NCBI GenBank assembly: GCA_964057225.1
Contig: OZ059900.1
Coordinates: 14,818,001 to 14,882,000, forward strand
Source of the DNA: Auanema rhodensis
Lineage: Eukaryota; Animalia; Nematoda
Length of the DNA: 64,000 nt
Direction of reading: 5' to 3'
Shown here piece by piece: positions 12,271 to 27,800 of the stretch. The notes under the pieces are model-generated. The model was not told the DNA's origin. It worked only from the letters and a program-made list of their open reading frames with translations, and did no database searches. A program made the position numbers and the translations under genes. How positions within the stretch are numbered: the first letter of the stretch is position 1; every line of letters begins with the position of its first letter.

Positions 12271-12708
12271 TTGAATTTGCACTTAGAAACTTTCATTAAG
12301 AGTGTGAGTTTGAATTAAAGTAGAAAAATGAAACACTGTCTCTAACATATCTTGATTTATGGCCTACTTTACTCAAAGAGCTAATTGGATTTGGTGTTAG
12401 AATGAACAATTGATTAACGCTGACGTTTTAATTTTTTTCATCGTAATTAAGATAGAACACTTAAATAAAATAGAAATGTTTAACAATTTAGAAAAAAATC
12501 ACAAGCTCAAACCACTTTTGAAAAAGCAGAAAGTTTAAAACAACCCTTTTTCTAATAATTATCTTTTTCATCCGACTTTTGGAAAAAAACAAAAATAGCA
12601 TAACATTAAATAACGATGAATCAGAACAAAAACATTCTCCCCGGCCGGGAATTGAACCCGGGTCTCGCATGTGACAGACGCGGATACTCACCACTATACT
12701 ACCGAGGA

Positions 12709-14028
12709 TTGAATTTGCACTTAGAAACTTTCATTAAGAGTGTGAGTTTGAATTAAAGTAGAAAAATGAAACACTGTTTCTAACATATCTTGATTTATGG
12801 CCTACTTTACTCAAAGAGCTAATTGAAGTTTGGTGTTAAAATGAACAATTGATTAACGCTGACGTTCCGTTTTTTTTTCATAGTAATTGAGATAGAACAT
12901 TTAAATTAAAAGGAAATGTTTAAAAATTTAGAAAAAAAACACAAGCTAAAATCACTTTTGAAAAAACAGAAAGTTTAAAACAACCTTTTTTCTAATAATT
13001 ATCTTTTTTATCCGACTTTTGGAAAAAAACAAAAATAGCATAACATTCAATAACGATGAATCAGAACAAAAACATTCTCCCCGGCCGGGAATTGAACCCG
13101 GGTCTCGCATGTGACAGACGCGGATACTCACCACTATACTACCGAGGATTGAATTTGCACTTAGAAACTTTCATTAAGAGTGTGAGTTTGAATTAAAGTA
13201 GAAAAATGAAACACTGTTTCTAACATATCTTGATTTATGGCCTACTTTACTCAAAGAGCTAATTGAAGTTTGGTGTTAAAATGAACAATTGATTAACGCT
13301 GACGTTCCGTTTTTTTTTCATAGTAATTGAGATAGAACATTTAAATTAAATGGAAATGTTTAAAAATTTAGAAAAAAAACACAAGCTAAAATCACTTTTG
13401 AAAAAACAGAAAGTTTAAAACAACCTTTTTTCTAATAATTATCTTTTTTATCCGACTTTTGGAAAAAAACAAAAATAGCATAACATTCAATAACGATGAA
13501 TCAGAACAAAAACATTCTCCCCGGCCGGGAATTGAACCCGGGTCTCGCATGTGACAGACGCGGATACTCACCACTATACTACCGAGGATTGAATTTGCAC
13601 TTAGAAACTTTCATTAAGAGTGTGAGTTTGAATTAAAGTAGAAAAATGAAACACTGTTTCTAACATATCTTGATTTATGGCCTACTTTACTCAAAGAGCT
13701 AATTGAAGTTTGGTGTTAAAATGAACAATTGATTAACGCTGACGTTCCGTTTTTTTTTCATAGTAATTGAGATAGAACATTTAAATTAAATGGAAATGTT
13801 TAAAAATTTAGAAAAAAAACACAAGCTAAAATCACTTTTGAAAAAACAGAAAGTTTAAAACAACCTTTTTTCTAATAATTATCTTTTTTATCCGACTTTT
13901 GGAAAAAAACAAAAATAGCATAACATTCAATAACGATGAATCAGAACAAAAACATTCTCCCCGGCCGGGAATTGAACCCGGGTCTCGCATGTGACAGACG
14001 CGGATACTCACCACTATACTACCGAGGA
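12709..14028 (-). repeat. Run of three near-identical 440-bp monomers with consensus tRNAs (13077..13148, 13517..13588, 13957..14028)
   Basis: Exact 440-bp period and the same spacer haplotype (ctgtttc, gttccgttttttttt, gctaaaatc). Confidence 0.9.
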
Positions 14029-16220
14029 TTGAATTTGCACTTAGAAACTTTCATTAAGAGTGTGAGTTTGAATTAAAGTAGAAAAATGAAACACTGTTTC
14101 TAACATATCTTGATTTATGGCCTACTTTACTCAAAGAGCTAATTGAAGTTTGGTGTTAGAATGAACAATTGATTAACGCTGACGTTTCAATTTTTTTCAT
14201 CGTAATTGAGATAGAACATTTAGAATAAATGGAAATGTTTAACAATTTAGAAAAAAATCACAAGCTCAAATCACTTTTGAAAAAACAGAAAGTTTAAAAC
14301 AACCCTTTTTCTAATAATTATCTTTTTCATCCGACTTTTGGAAAAAAACAAAAATAGCATAACATTCAATAACGATGAATCAGAACAAAAACATTCTCCC
14401 CGTCCGGGAATTGAACCCGGGTCTCGCATGTGACAGACGCAGATACTCACCACTATCCTACCGAGGATTGAATTTGCACTTAGAAACTTTCATTAAGAGT
14501 GTGAGTTTGAAATATAGTAGAAAAATGAAACACTGTCTCTAACATATATTGATTTTTGGCCTACTTTACTCAAAGAGCTAATTGAAGTTTGGTGTTACAA
14601 TTAACGATTGATTAACGCTGACGTTTTAATTTTTTTCATCGTAATTAAGATAGAACACTTAAATAAAATAGAAATGTTTAACAATTTAGAAAAAAATCAC
14701 AAGCTCAAACCACTTTTGAAAAAGCAGAAAGTTTAAAACAACCCTTTTTCTAATAATTATCTTTTTCATCCGACTTTTGGAAAAAAACAAAAATAGCATA
14801 ACATTCAATAACGATGAATCAGAACAAAAACATTCTCCCCGTCCGGGAATTGAACCCGGGTCTCGCATGTGACAGACGCGGATTCTCACCACTATACTAC
14901 CGTGGATTGAATTCGCACTTAGAAACTTTCATTAAGAGTGTGAGTTTGAATTATAGTAGAAAAATGAAACACTGTCTCTAACATATCTTGATTTATGGCC
15001 TACTTTACTCAAAGAGCTAATTGGATTTGGTGTTAGAATGAACAATTGATTAACGCTGACGTTTTAATTTTTTTCATCGTAATTAAGATAGAACACTTAA
15101 ATAAAATAGAAATGTTTAACAATTTAGAAAAAAATCACAAGCTCAAACCACTTTTGAAAAAGCAGAAAGTTTAAAACAACCCTTTTTCTAATAATTATCT
15201 TTTTCATCCGACTTTTGGAAAAAAACAAAAATAGCATAACATTAAATAACGATGAATCAGAACAAAAACATTCTCCCCGTCCGGGAATTGAACCCGGGTC
15301 TCGCATGTGACAGACGCAGATACTCACCACTATCCTACCGAGGATTGAATTTGCACTTAGAAACTTTCATTAAGAGTGTGAAATTGAAATATAGTAGAAA
15401 AATGAAACACTGTCTCTAACATATATTGATTTTTGGCCTACTTTACTCAAAGAGCTAATTGAAGTTTGGTGTTACAATTAACGATTGATTAACGCTGATG
15501 TTTCAATTTTTTTCATCGTAATTGAGATAGAACATTCAAATTAAATGGAAATGTTTAAAATTTAGTAAATATCACAAGCTCAAATTACTTTTGAAAAAAC
15601 AGAAAGTTTAAAACAACCTTTTTTCTAATGATTATCTTTTTTATCCGACTTTCGGAAGAAAACAAAAATAGCATAACATTCAATAACGATGAATCAGAAC
15701 AAAAACATTCTCCCCGGCCGGGAATTGAACCCGGGTCTCGCATGTGACAGACGCGGATACTCACCACTATACTACCGAGGATTGAATTTGCACTTAGAAA
15801 CTTTCATTAAGAGTGTGAGTTTGAATTATAGTAGAAAAATGAAACACTGTTTCTAACATATCTTGATTTATGGCCTACTTTACTCAAAGAGCTAATTGAA
15901 GTTTGGTGTTAGAATGAACAATTGATTAACGCTGACGTTTCAATTTTTTTCATCGTAATTGAGATAGAACATTTAGAATAAATGGAAATGTTTAACAATT
16001 TAGAAAAAAAACACAAGCTCAAATCACTTTTGAAAAAACAGAAAGTTTAAAACAACCCTTTTTCTAATAGTTATCTTTTTCATCCGACTTTTGGAAAAAA
16101 ACAAAAATAGCATAACATTAAATAACGATGAATCAGAACAAAAACATTCTCCCCGTCCGGGAATTGAACCCGGGTCTCGCATGTGACAGACGCGGATTCT
16201 CACCACTATACTACCGTGGA

Positions 16221-16543
16221 TTGAATTCGCACTTAGAAACTTTCATTAAGAGTGTGAGTTTGAATTATAGTAGAAAAATGAAACACTGTCTCTAACATAT
16301 CTTGATTTATGGCCTACTTTACTCAAAGAGCTAATTGGATTTGGTGTTAGAATGAACAATTGATTAACGCTGACGTTTTAATTTTTTTCATCGTAATTGA
16401 GATAGAACATTTAAAATAAATGGAAATGTTTAACAATTTAGAAAAAAACGATGAATCCGAACAAAAACATTCTCCCCGGCCGGGAATTGAACCCGGGTCT
16501 CGCATGTGACAGACGCGGATACTCACCACTATACTACCGAGGA
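16221..16543 (-). repeat. Second 323-bp monomer with the same deletion junction; consensus tRNA at 16472..16543
   Basis: Junction ttagaaaaaaac|gatgaatccg at ~16449. Confidence 0.9.
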
Positions 16544-19500
16544 TTGAATTTGCACTTAGAAACTTTCATTAAGAGTGTGAGTTTGAATTAAAGTAGAAAA
16601 ATGAAACACTGTTTCTAACATATCTTGATTTATGGCCTACTTTACTCAAAGAGCTAATCGAAGTTTGGTGTTAAAATGAACAATTGATTAACGCTGACGT
16701 TCCGTTTTTTTTTCATAGTAATTGAGATAGAACATTTAAATTAAATGGAAATGTTTAAAAATTTAGAAAAAAAACACAAGCTAAAATCACTTTTGAAAAA
16801 ACAGAAAGTTTAAAACAACCTTTTTTCTAATAATTATCTTTTTTATCCGACTTTTGGAAAAAAACAAAAATAGCATAACATTCAATAACGATGAATCAGA
16901 ACAAAAACATTCTCCCCGGCCGGGAATTGAACCCGGGTCTCGCATGTGACAGACGCGGATACTCACCACTATACTACCGAGGATTGAATTTGCACTAAGA
17001 AACTTTCATTAAGAGTGTGAGTTTGAATTAAAGTAGAAAAATGAAACACTGTTTCTAACATATCTTGATTTATGGCCTACTTTACTCAAAGAGCTAATTG
17101 AAGTTTGGTGTTAGAATGAACAATTGATTAACGCTGACGTTTCAATTTTTTTCATCGTAATTGAGATAGAACATTTAGAATAAATGGAAATGTTTAACAA
17201 TTTAGAAAAAAAACACAAGCTCAAATCACTTTTGAAAAAACAGAAAGTTTAAAACAACCCTTTTTCTAATAATTATCTTTTTCATCCGACTTTTGGAAAA
17301 AAACAAAAATAGCATAACAATAAATAACGATGAATCAGAACAAAAACATTCTCCCCGTCCGGGAATTGAACCCGGGTCTCGCATGTGACAGACGCGGATT
17401 CTCACCACTATACTACCGTGGATTGAATTCGCACTTAGAAACTTTCATTAAGAGTGTGAGTTTGAATTATAGTAGAAAAATGAAACACTGTCTCTAACAT
17501 ATCTTGATTTATGGCCTACTTTACTCAAAGAGCTAATTGGATTTGGTGTTAGAATGAACAATTGATTAACGCTGACGTTTTAATTTTTTTCATCGTAATT
17601 AAGATAGAACACTTAAATAAAATAGAAATGTTTAACAATTTAGAAAAAAATCACAAGCTCAAACCACTTTTGAAAAAGCAGAAAGTTTAAAACAACCCTT
17701 TTTCTAATAATTATCTTTTTCATCCGACTTTTGGAAAAAAACAAAAATAGCATAACATTAAATAACGATGAATCAGAACAAAAACATTCTCCCCGTCCGG
17801 GAATTGAACCCGGGTCTCGCATGTGACAGACGCAGATACTCACCACTATCCTACCGAGGATTGAATTTGCACTTAGAAACTTTCATTAAGAGTGTGAGTT
17901 TGAAATATAGTAGAAAAATGAAACACTGTCTCTAACATATATTGATTTTTGGCCTACTTTACTCAAAGAGCTAATTGAAGTTTGGTGTTACAATTAACGA
18001 TTGATTAACGCTGATGTTTCAATTTTTTTCATCGTAATTGAGATAGAACATTCAAATTAAATGGAAATGTTTAAAATTTAGTAAATATCACAAGCTCAAA
18101 TTACTTTTGAAAAAACAGAAAGTTTAAAACAACCTTTTTTCTAATGATTATCTTTTTTATCCGACTTTCGGAAGAAAACAAAAATAGCATAACATTCAAT
18201 AACGATGAATCAGAACAAAAACATTCTCCCCGGCCGGGAATTGAACCCGGGTCTCGCATGTGACAGACGCGGATACTCACCACTATACTACCGAGGATTG
18301 AATTTGCACTTAGAAACTTTCATTAAGAGTGTGAGTTTGAAATATAGTAGAAAAATGAAACACTGTCTCTAACATATATTGATTTTTGGCCTACTTTACT
18401 CAAAGAGCTAATTGAAGTTTGGTGTTACAATTAACGATTGATTAACGCTGATGTTTCAATTTTTTTCATCGTAATTGAGATAGAACATTCAAATTAAATG
18501 GAAATGTTTAAAATTTAGTAAATATCACAAGCTCAAATTACTTTTGAAAAAACAGAAAGTTTAAAACAACCTTTTTTCTAATGATTATCTTTTTTATCCG
18601 ACTTTCGGAAGAAAACAAAAATAGCATAACATTCAATAACGATGAATCAGAACAAAAACATTCTCCCCGGCCGGGAATTGAACCCGGGTCTCGCATGTGA
18701 CAGACGCGGATACTCACCACTATACTACCGAGGATTGAATTTGCACTTAGAAACTTTCATTAAGAGTGTGAGTTTGAATTATAGTAGAAAAATGAAACAC
18801 TGTTTCTAACATATCTTGATTTATGGCCTACTTTACTCAAAGAGCTAATTGAAGTTTGGTGTTAGAATGAACAATTGATTAACGCTGACGTTTCAATTTT
18901 TTTCATCGTAATTGAGATAGAACATTTAGAATAAATGGAAATGTTTAACAATTTAGAAAAAAAACACAAGCTCAAATCACTTTTGAAAAAACAGAAAGTT
19001 TAAAACAACCCTTTTTCTAATAATTATCTTTTTCATCCGACTTTTGGAAAAAAACAAAAATAGCATAACATTAAATAACGATGAATCAGAACAAAAACAT
19101 TCTCCCCGTCCGGGAATTGAACCCGGGTCTCGCATGTGACAGACGCGGATTCTCACCACTATACTACCGTGGATTGAATTCGCACTTAGAAACTTTCATT
19201 AAGAGTGTGAGTTTGAATTATAGTAGAAAAATGAAACACTGTTTCTAACATATCTTGATTTATGGCCTACTTTACTCAAAGAGCTAATTGAAGTTTGGTG
19301 TTAGAATGAACAATTGATTAACGCTGACGTTTCAATTTTTTTCATCGTAATTGAGATAGAACATTTAGAATAAATGGAAATGTTTAACAATTTAGAAAAA
19401 AAACACAAGCTCAAATCACTTTTGAAAAAACAGAAAGTTTAAAACAACCCTTTTTCTAATAATTATCTTTTTCATCCGACTTTTGGAAAAAAACAAAAAT

Positions 19501-21734
19501 AGCATAACATTAAATAACGATGAATCAGAACAAAAACATTCTCCCCGTCCGGGAATTGAACCCGGGTCTCGCATGTGACAGACGCGGATTCTCACCACTA
19601 TACTACCGTGGATTGAATTCGCACTTAGAAACTTTCATTAAGAGTGTGAGTTTGAATTATAGTAGAAAAATGAAACACTGTCTCTAACATATCTTGATTT
19701 ATGGCCTACTTTACTCAAAGAGCTAATTGGATTTGGTGTTAGAATGAACAATTGATTAACGCTGACGTTTTAATTTTTTTCATCGTAATTAAGATAGAAC
19801 ACTTAAATAAAATAGAAATGTTTGAAAATTTAAAAAAAAATCACAAGCTCAAACCACTTTTGAAAAAGCAGAAAGTTTAAAACAATCTTTTTTCTAATAA
19901 TTATCGTCTTCATCCGACTTTTTGAAGAAAACAAAAATAGCATAACATTCAATAACGATGAATCCGAACAAAAACATTCTCCCCGGCCGGGAATTGAACC
20001 CGGGTCTCGCATGTGACAGACGCGGATACTCACCACTATACTACCGAGGATTGAATTTGCACTTAGAAACTTTCATTAAGAGTGTGAGTTTGAATTAAAG
20101 TAGAAAAATGAAACACTTTCTCTAACATATCTTGATTTATGGCCTACTTTACTCAAAGAGCTAATTGAAGTTTGGTGTTAAAATGAACAATTGATTAACG
20201 CTGACGTTCCGTTTTTTTTTCATAGTAATTGAGATAGAACATTTAAATTAAATGGAAATGTTTAAAAATTTAGAAAAAAAACACAAGCTCAAATCACTTT
20301 TGAAAAAACAGAAAGTTTAAAACAACCTTTTTTCTAATAATTATCTTTTTTATCCGACTTTTGGAAAAAAACAAAAATAGCATAACATTCAATAACGATG
20401 AATCAGAACAAAAACATTCTCCCCGGCCGGGAATTGAACCCGGGTCTCGCATGTGACAGACGCGGATACTCACCACTATACTACCGAGGATTGAATTTGC
20501 ACTTAGAAACTTTCATTAAGAGTGTGAGTTTGAATTAAAGTACAAAAATGAAACACTGTCTCTAACATATCTTGATTTATGGCCTACTTTACTCAAAGAG
20601 CTAATTGAAGTTTGGTGTTACAATTAACGATTGATAAACGCTGACGTATCAATTTTTTTCATCGTAATTAAGATAGAACACTTAAATTAAATAGAAATGT
20701 TTGAAAATTTAAAAAAAAATCACAAGCTCAAACCACTTTTGAAAAAGCAGAAAGTTTAAAACAATCTTTTTTCTAATAATTATCGTCTTTATCCGACTTT
20801 TTGAAGAAAACAAAAATAGCATAACATTCAATAACGATGAATCAGAACAAAAACATTCTCCCCGTCCGGGAATTGAACCCGGGTCTCGCATGTGACAGAC
20901 GCGGATTCTCACCACTATACTACCGTGGATTGAATTCGCACTTAGAAACTTTCATTAAGAGTGTGAGTTTGAATTAAAGTAGAAAAATGAAACACTGTCT
21001 CTAACATATCTTGATTTATGGCCTACTTTACTCAAAGAGCTAATTGAAGTTTGGTGTTAGAATGAACAATTGATTAACGCTGACGTTTCAATTTTTTTCA
21101 TCGTAATTGAGATAGAACATTTAGAATAAAAGGAAATGTTTAACAATTTAGAAAAAAAACACAAGCTCAAATCACTTTTGAAAAAACAGAAAGTTTAAAA
21201 CAACCCTTTTTCTAATAATTATCTTTTTCATCCGACTTTTGGAAAAAAACAAAAATAGCATAACATTAAATAACGATGAATCAGAACAAAAACATTCTCC
21301 CCGTCCGGGAATTGAACCCGGGTCTCGCATGTGACAGACGCGGATTCTCACCACTATACTACCGTGGATTGAATTCGCACTTAGAAACTTTCATTAAGAG
21401 TGTGAGTTTGAATTATAGTAGAAAAATGAAACACTGTCTCTAACATATCTTGATTTATGGCCTACTTTACTCAAAGAGCTAATTGGATTTGGTGTTAGAA
21501 TGAACAATTGATTAACGCTGACGTTTTAATTTTTTTCATCGTAATTAAGATAGAACACTTAAATAAAATAGAAATGTTTGAAAATTTAAAAAAAAATCAC
21601 AAGCTCAAACCACTTTTGAAAAAGCAGAAAATTTAAAACAATCTTTTTTCTAATAATTATCGTCTTCATCCGACTTTTTGAAGAAAACAAAAATAGCATA
21701 ACATTCAATAACGATGAATCAGAACAAAAACATT

Positions 21735-21806
21735 CTCCCCGTCCGGGAATTGAACAAGGGTCTCGCATGTGACAGACGCGGATTCTCACCACTATACTAC
21801 CGTGGA
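21735..21806 (-). pseudogene. Degenerate tRNA-Asp (triple allele plus G51T, G52T)
   Basis: Plus strand gaacaaggg; the same allele is at 29639..29710. Confidence 0.75.
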
Positions 21807-24800
21807 TTGTATTCGCACTTAGAAACTTTCATTAAGAGTGTGAGTTTGAATTATAGTAGAAAAATGAAACACTGTCTCTAACATATCTTGATTTATGGCC
21901 TACTTTACTCAAAGAGCTAATTGAAGTTTGGTGTTACAATTAACGATTGATAAACGCTGACGTATCAATTTTTTTCATCGTAATTAAGATAGAACACTTA
22001 AATTAAATAGAAATGTTTGAAAATTTAAAAAAAAATCACAAGCTCAAACCACTTTTGAAAAAGCAGAAAGTTTAAAACAATCTTTTTTCTAATAATTATC
22101 GTCTTTATCCGACTTTTTGAAGAAAACAAAAATAGCATAACATTCAATAACGATGAATCAGAACAAAAACATTCTCCCCGTCCGGGAATTGAACCCGGGT
22201 CTCGCATGTGACAGACGCGGATTCTCACCACTATACTACCGTGGATTGAATTCGCACTTAGAAACTTTCATTAAGAGTGTGAGTTTGAATTAAAGTAGAA
22301 AAATGAAACACTGTCTCTAACATATCTTGATTTATGGCCTACTTTACTCAAAGAGCTAATTGAAGTTTGGTGTTAGAATGAACAATTGATTAACGCTGAC
22401 GTTTCAATTTTTTTCATCGTAATTGAGATAGAACATTTAGAATAAATGGAAATGTTTAACAATTTAGAAAAAAAACACAAGCTCAAATCACTTTTGAAAA
22501 AACAGAAAGTTTAAAACAACCCTTTTTCTAATAATTATCTTTTTCATCCGACTTTTGGAAAAAAACAAAAATAGCATAACATTAAATAACGATGAATCAG
22601 AACAAAAACATTCTCCCCGTCCGGGAATTGAACCCGGGTCTCGCATGTGACAGACGCGGATTCTCACCACTATACTACCGTGGATTGAATTCGCACTTAG
22701 AAACTTTCATTAAGAGTGTGAGTTTGAATTATAGTAGAAAAATGAAACACTGTCTCTAACATATCTTGATTTATGGCCTACTTTACTCAAAGAGCTAATT
22801 GGATTTGGTGTTAGAATGAACAATTGATTAACGCTGACGTTTTAATTTTTTTCATCGTAATTAAGATAGAACACTTAAATAAAATAGAAATGTTTGAAAA
22901 TTTAAAAAAAAATCACAAGCTCAAACCACTTTTGAAAAAGCAGAAAATTTAAAACAATCTTTTTTCTAATAATTATCGTCTTCATCCGACTTTTTGAAGA
23001 AAACAAAAATAGCATAACATTCAATAACGATGAATCCGAACAAAAACATTCTCCCCGGCCGGGAATTGAACCCGGGTCTCGCATGTGACAGACGCGGATA
23101 CTCACCACTATACTACCGAGGATTGAATTTGCACTTAGAAACTTTCATTAAGAGTGTGAGTTTGAATTAAAGTAGAAAAATGAAACACTTTCTCTAACAT
23201 ATCTTGATTTATGGCCTACTTTACTCAAAGAGCTAATTGAAGTTTGGTGTTAAAATGAACAATTGATTAACGCTGACGTTCCGTTTTTTTTTCATAGTAA
23301 TTGAGATAGAACATTTAAATTAAATGGAAATGTTTAAAATTTTAGAAAAAAAACACAAGCTAAAATCACTTTTGAAAAAACAGAAAGTTTAAAACAACCT
23401 TTTTTCTAATAATTATCTTTTTTATCCGACTTTTGGAAAAAAACAAAAATAGCATAACATTCAATAACGATGAATCAGAACAAAAACATTCTCCCCGGCC
23501 GGGAATTGAACCCGGGTCTCGCATGTGACAGACGCGGATACTCACCACTATACTACCGAGGATTGAATTTGCACTTAGAAACTTTCATTAAGAGTGTGAG
23601 TTTGAATTAAAGTAGAAAAATGAAACACTTTCTCTAACATATCTTGATTTATGGCCTACTTTACTCAAAGAGCTAATTGAAGTTTGGTGTTAAAATGAAC
23701 AATTGATTAACGCTGACGTTCCGTTTTTTTTTCATAGTAATTGAGATAGAACATTTAAATTAAATGGAAATGTTTGAAAATTTAAAAAAAAATCACAAGC
23801 TCAAACCACTTTTGAAAAAGCAGAAAGTTTAAAACAATCTTTTTTCTAATAATTATCGTCTTTATCCGACTTTTTGAAGAAAACAAAAATAGCATAACAT
23901 TCAATAACGATGAATCAGAACAAAAACATTCTCCCCGTCCGGGAATTGAACCCGGGTCTCGCATGTGACAGACGCGGATTCTCACCACTATACTACCGTG
24001 GATTGAATTCGCACTTAGAAACTTTCATTAAGAGTGTGAGTTTGAATTAAAGTAGAAAAATGAAACACTGTCTCTAACATATCTTGATTTATGGCCTACT
24101 TTACTCAAAGAGCTAATTGAAGTTTGGTGTTAGAATGAACAATTGATTAACGCTGACGTTTCAATTTTTTTCATCGTAATTGAGATAGAACATTTAGAAT
24201 AAATGGAAATGTTTAACAATTTAGAAAAAAAACACAAGCTCAAATCACTTTTGAAAAAACAGAAAGTTTAAAACAACCCTTTTTCTAATAATTATCTTTT
24301 TCATCCGACTTTTGGAAAAAAACAAAAATAGCATAACATTAAATAACGATGAATCAGAACAAAAACATTCTCCCCGTCCGGGAATTGAACCCGGGTCTCG
24401 CATGTGACAGACGCGGATTCTCACCACTATACTACCGTGGATTGAATTCGCACTTAGAAACTTTCATTAAGAGTGTGAGTTTGAATTATAGTAGAAAAAT
24501 GAAACACTGTCTCTAACATATCTTGATTTATGGCCTACTTTACTCAAAGAGCTAATTGGATTTGGTGTTAGAATGAACAATTGATTAACGCTGACGTTTT
24601 AATTTTTTTCATCGTAATTAAGATAGAACACTTAAATAAAATAGAAATGTTTGAAAATTTAAAAAAAAATCACAAGCTCAAACCACTTTTGAAAAAGCAG
24701 AAAATTTAAAACAATCTTTTTTCTAATAATTATCGTCTTCATCCGACTTTTTGAAGAAAACAAAAATAGCATAACATTCAATAACGATGAATCCGAACAA

Positions 24801-27800
24801 AAACATTCTCCCCGGCCGGGAATTGAACCCGGGTCTCGCATGTGACAGACGCGGATACTCACCACTATACTACCGAGGATTGAATTTGCACTTAGAAACT
24901 TTCATTAAGAGTGTGAGTTTGAATTAAAGTAGAAAAATGAAACACTTTCTCTAACATATCTTGATTTATGGCCTACTTTACTCAAAGAGCTAATTGAAGT
25001 TTGGTGTTAAAATGAACAATTGATTAACGCTGACGTTCCGTTTTTTTTTCATAGTAATTGAGATAGAACATTTAAATTAAATGGAAATGTTTAAAATTTT
25101 AGAAAAAAAACACAAGCTAAAATCACTTTTGAAAAAACAGAAAGTTTAAAACAACCTTTTTTCTAATAATTATCTTTTTTATCCGACTTTTGGAAAAAAA
25201 CAAAAATAGCATAACATTCAATAACGATGAATCAGAACAAAAACATTCTCCCCGGCCGGGAATTGAACCCGGGTCTCGCATGTGACAGACGCGGATACTC
25301 ACCACTATACTACCGAGGATTGAATTTGCACTTAGAAACTTTCATTAAGAGTGTGAGTTTGAATTAAAGTAGAAAAATGAAACACTTTCTCTAACATATC
25401 TTGATTTATGGCCTACTTTACTCAAAGAGCTAATTGAAGTTTGGTGTTAAAATGAACAATTGATTAACGCTGACGTTCCGTTTTTTTTTCATAGTAATTG
25501 AGATAGAACATTTAAATTAAATGGAAATGTTTAAAAATTTAGAAAAAAAACACAAGCTAAAATCACTTTTGAAAAAACAGAAAGTTTAAAACAACCTTTT
25601 TTCTAATAATTATCTTTTTTATCCGACTTTTGGAAAAAAACAAAAATAGCATAACATTCAATAACGATGAACCAGAACAAAAACATTCTCCCCGGCCGGG
25701 AATTGAACCCGGGTCTCGCATGTGACAGACGCGGATACTCACCACTATACTACCGAGGATTGAATTTGCACTTAGAAACTTTCATTAAGAGTGTGAGTTT
25801 GAATTAAAGTAGAAAAATAAAACACTGTCTCTAACATATCTTGTTTTATGGCCTACTTTACTCAAAGAGCTAATTGAAGTTTGGTGTTACAATTAACGAT
25901 TGATAAACGCTGACGTATCAATTTTTTTCATCGTAATTAAGATAGAACACTTAAATTAAATAGAAATGTTCGAAAATTTAAAAAAAAATCACAAGCTCAA
26001 ACCACTTTTGAAAAAGCAGAAAGTTTAAAACAATCTTTTTTCTAATAATTATCGTCTTTATCCGACTTTTTGAAGAAAACAAAAATAGCATAACATTCAA
26101 TAACGATGAATCAGAACAAAAACATTCTCCCCGTCCGGGAATTGAACCCGGGTCTCGCATGTGACAGACGCGGATTCTCACCACTATACTACCGTGGATT
26201 GAATTCGCACTTAGAAACTTTCATTAAGAGTGTGAGTTTGAATTAAAGTAGAAAAATGAAACACTGTCTCTAACATATCTTGATTTATGGCCTACTTTAC
26301 TCAAAGAGCTAATTGAAGTTTGGTGTTAGAATGAACAATTGATTAACGCTGACGTTTCAATTTTTTTCATCGTAATTGAGATAGAACATTTAGAATAAAT
26401 GGAAATGTTTAACAATTTAGAAAAAAAACACAAGCTCAAATCACTTTTGAAAAAACAGAAAGTTTAAAACAACCCTTTTTCTAATAATTATCTTTTTCAT
26501 CCGACTTTTGGAAAAAAACAAAAATAGCATAACATTAAATAACGATGAATCAGAACAAAAACATTCTCCCCGTCCGGGAATTGAACCCGGGTCTCGCATG
26601 TGACAGACGCGGATTCTCACCACTATACTACCGTGGATTGAATTCGCACTTAGAAACTTTCATTAAGAGTGTGAGTTTGAATTATAGTAGAAAAATGAAA
26701 CACTGTCTCTAACATATCTTGATTTATGGCCTACTTTACTCAAAGAGCTAATTGGATTTGGTGTTAGAATGAACAATTGATTAACGCTGACGTTTTAATT
26801 TTTTTCATCGTAATTAAGATAGAACACTTAAATAAAATAGAAATGTTTGAAAATTTAAAAAAAAATCACAAGCTCAAACCACTTTTGAAAAAGCAGAAAA
26901 TTTAAAACAATCTTTTTTCTAATAATTATCGTCTTCATCCGACTTTTTGAAGAAAACAAAAATAGCATAACATTCAATAACGATGAATCCGAACAAAAAC
27001 ATTCTCCCCGGCCGGGAATTGAACCCGGGTCTCGCATGTGACAGACGCGGATACTCACCACTATACTACCGAGGATTGAATTTGCACTTAGAAACTTTCA
27101 TTAAGAGTGTGAGTTTGAATTAAAGTAGAAAAATGAAACACTTTCTCTAACATATCTTGATTTATGGCCTACTTTACTCAAAGAGCTAATTGAAGTTTGG
27201 TGTTAAAATGAACAATTGATTAACGCTGACGTTCCGTTTTTTTTTCATAGTAATTGAGATAGAACATTTAAATTAAATGGAAATGTTTAAAATTTTAGAA
27301 AAAAAACACAAGCTAAAATCACTTTTGAAAAAACAGAAAGTTTAAAACAACCTTTTTTCTAATAATTATCTTTTTTATCCGACTTTTGGAAAAAAACAAA
27401 AATAGCATAACATTCAATAACGATGAATCAGAACAAAAACATTCTCCCCGGCCGGGAATTGAACCCGGGTCTCGCATGTGACAGACGCGGATACTCACCA
27501 CTATACTACCGAGGATTGAATTTGCACTTAGAAACTTTCATTAAGAGTGTGAGTTTGAATTAAAGTAGAAAAATGAAACACTTTCTCTAACATATCTTGA
27601 TTTATGGCCTACTTTACTCAAAGAGCTAATTGAAGTTTGGTGTTAAAATGAACAATTGATTAACGCTGACGTTCCGTTTTTTTTTCATAGTAATTGAGAT
27701 AGAACATTTAAATTAAATGGAAATGTTTAAAAATTTAGAAAAAAAACACAAGCTAAAATCACTTTTGAAAAAACAGAAAGTTTAAAACAACCTTTTTTCT

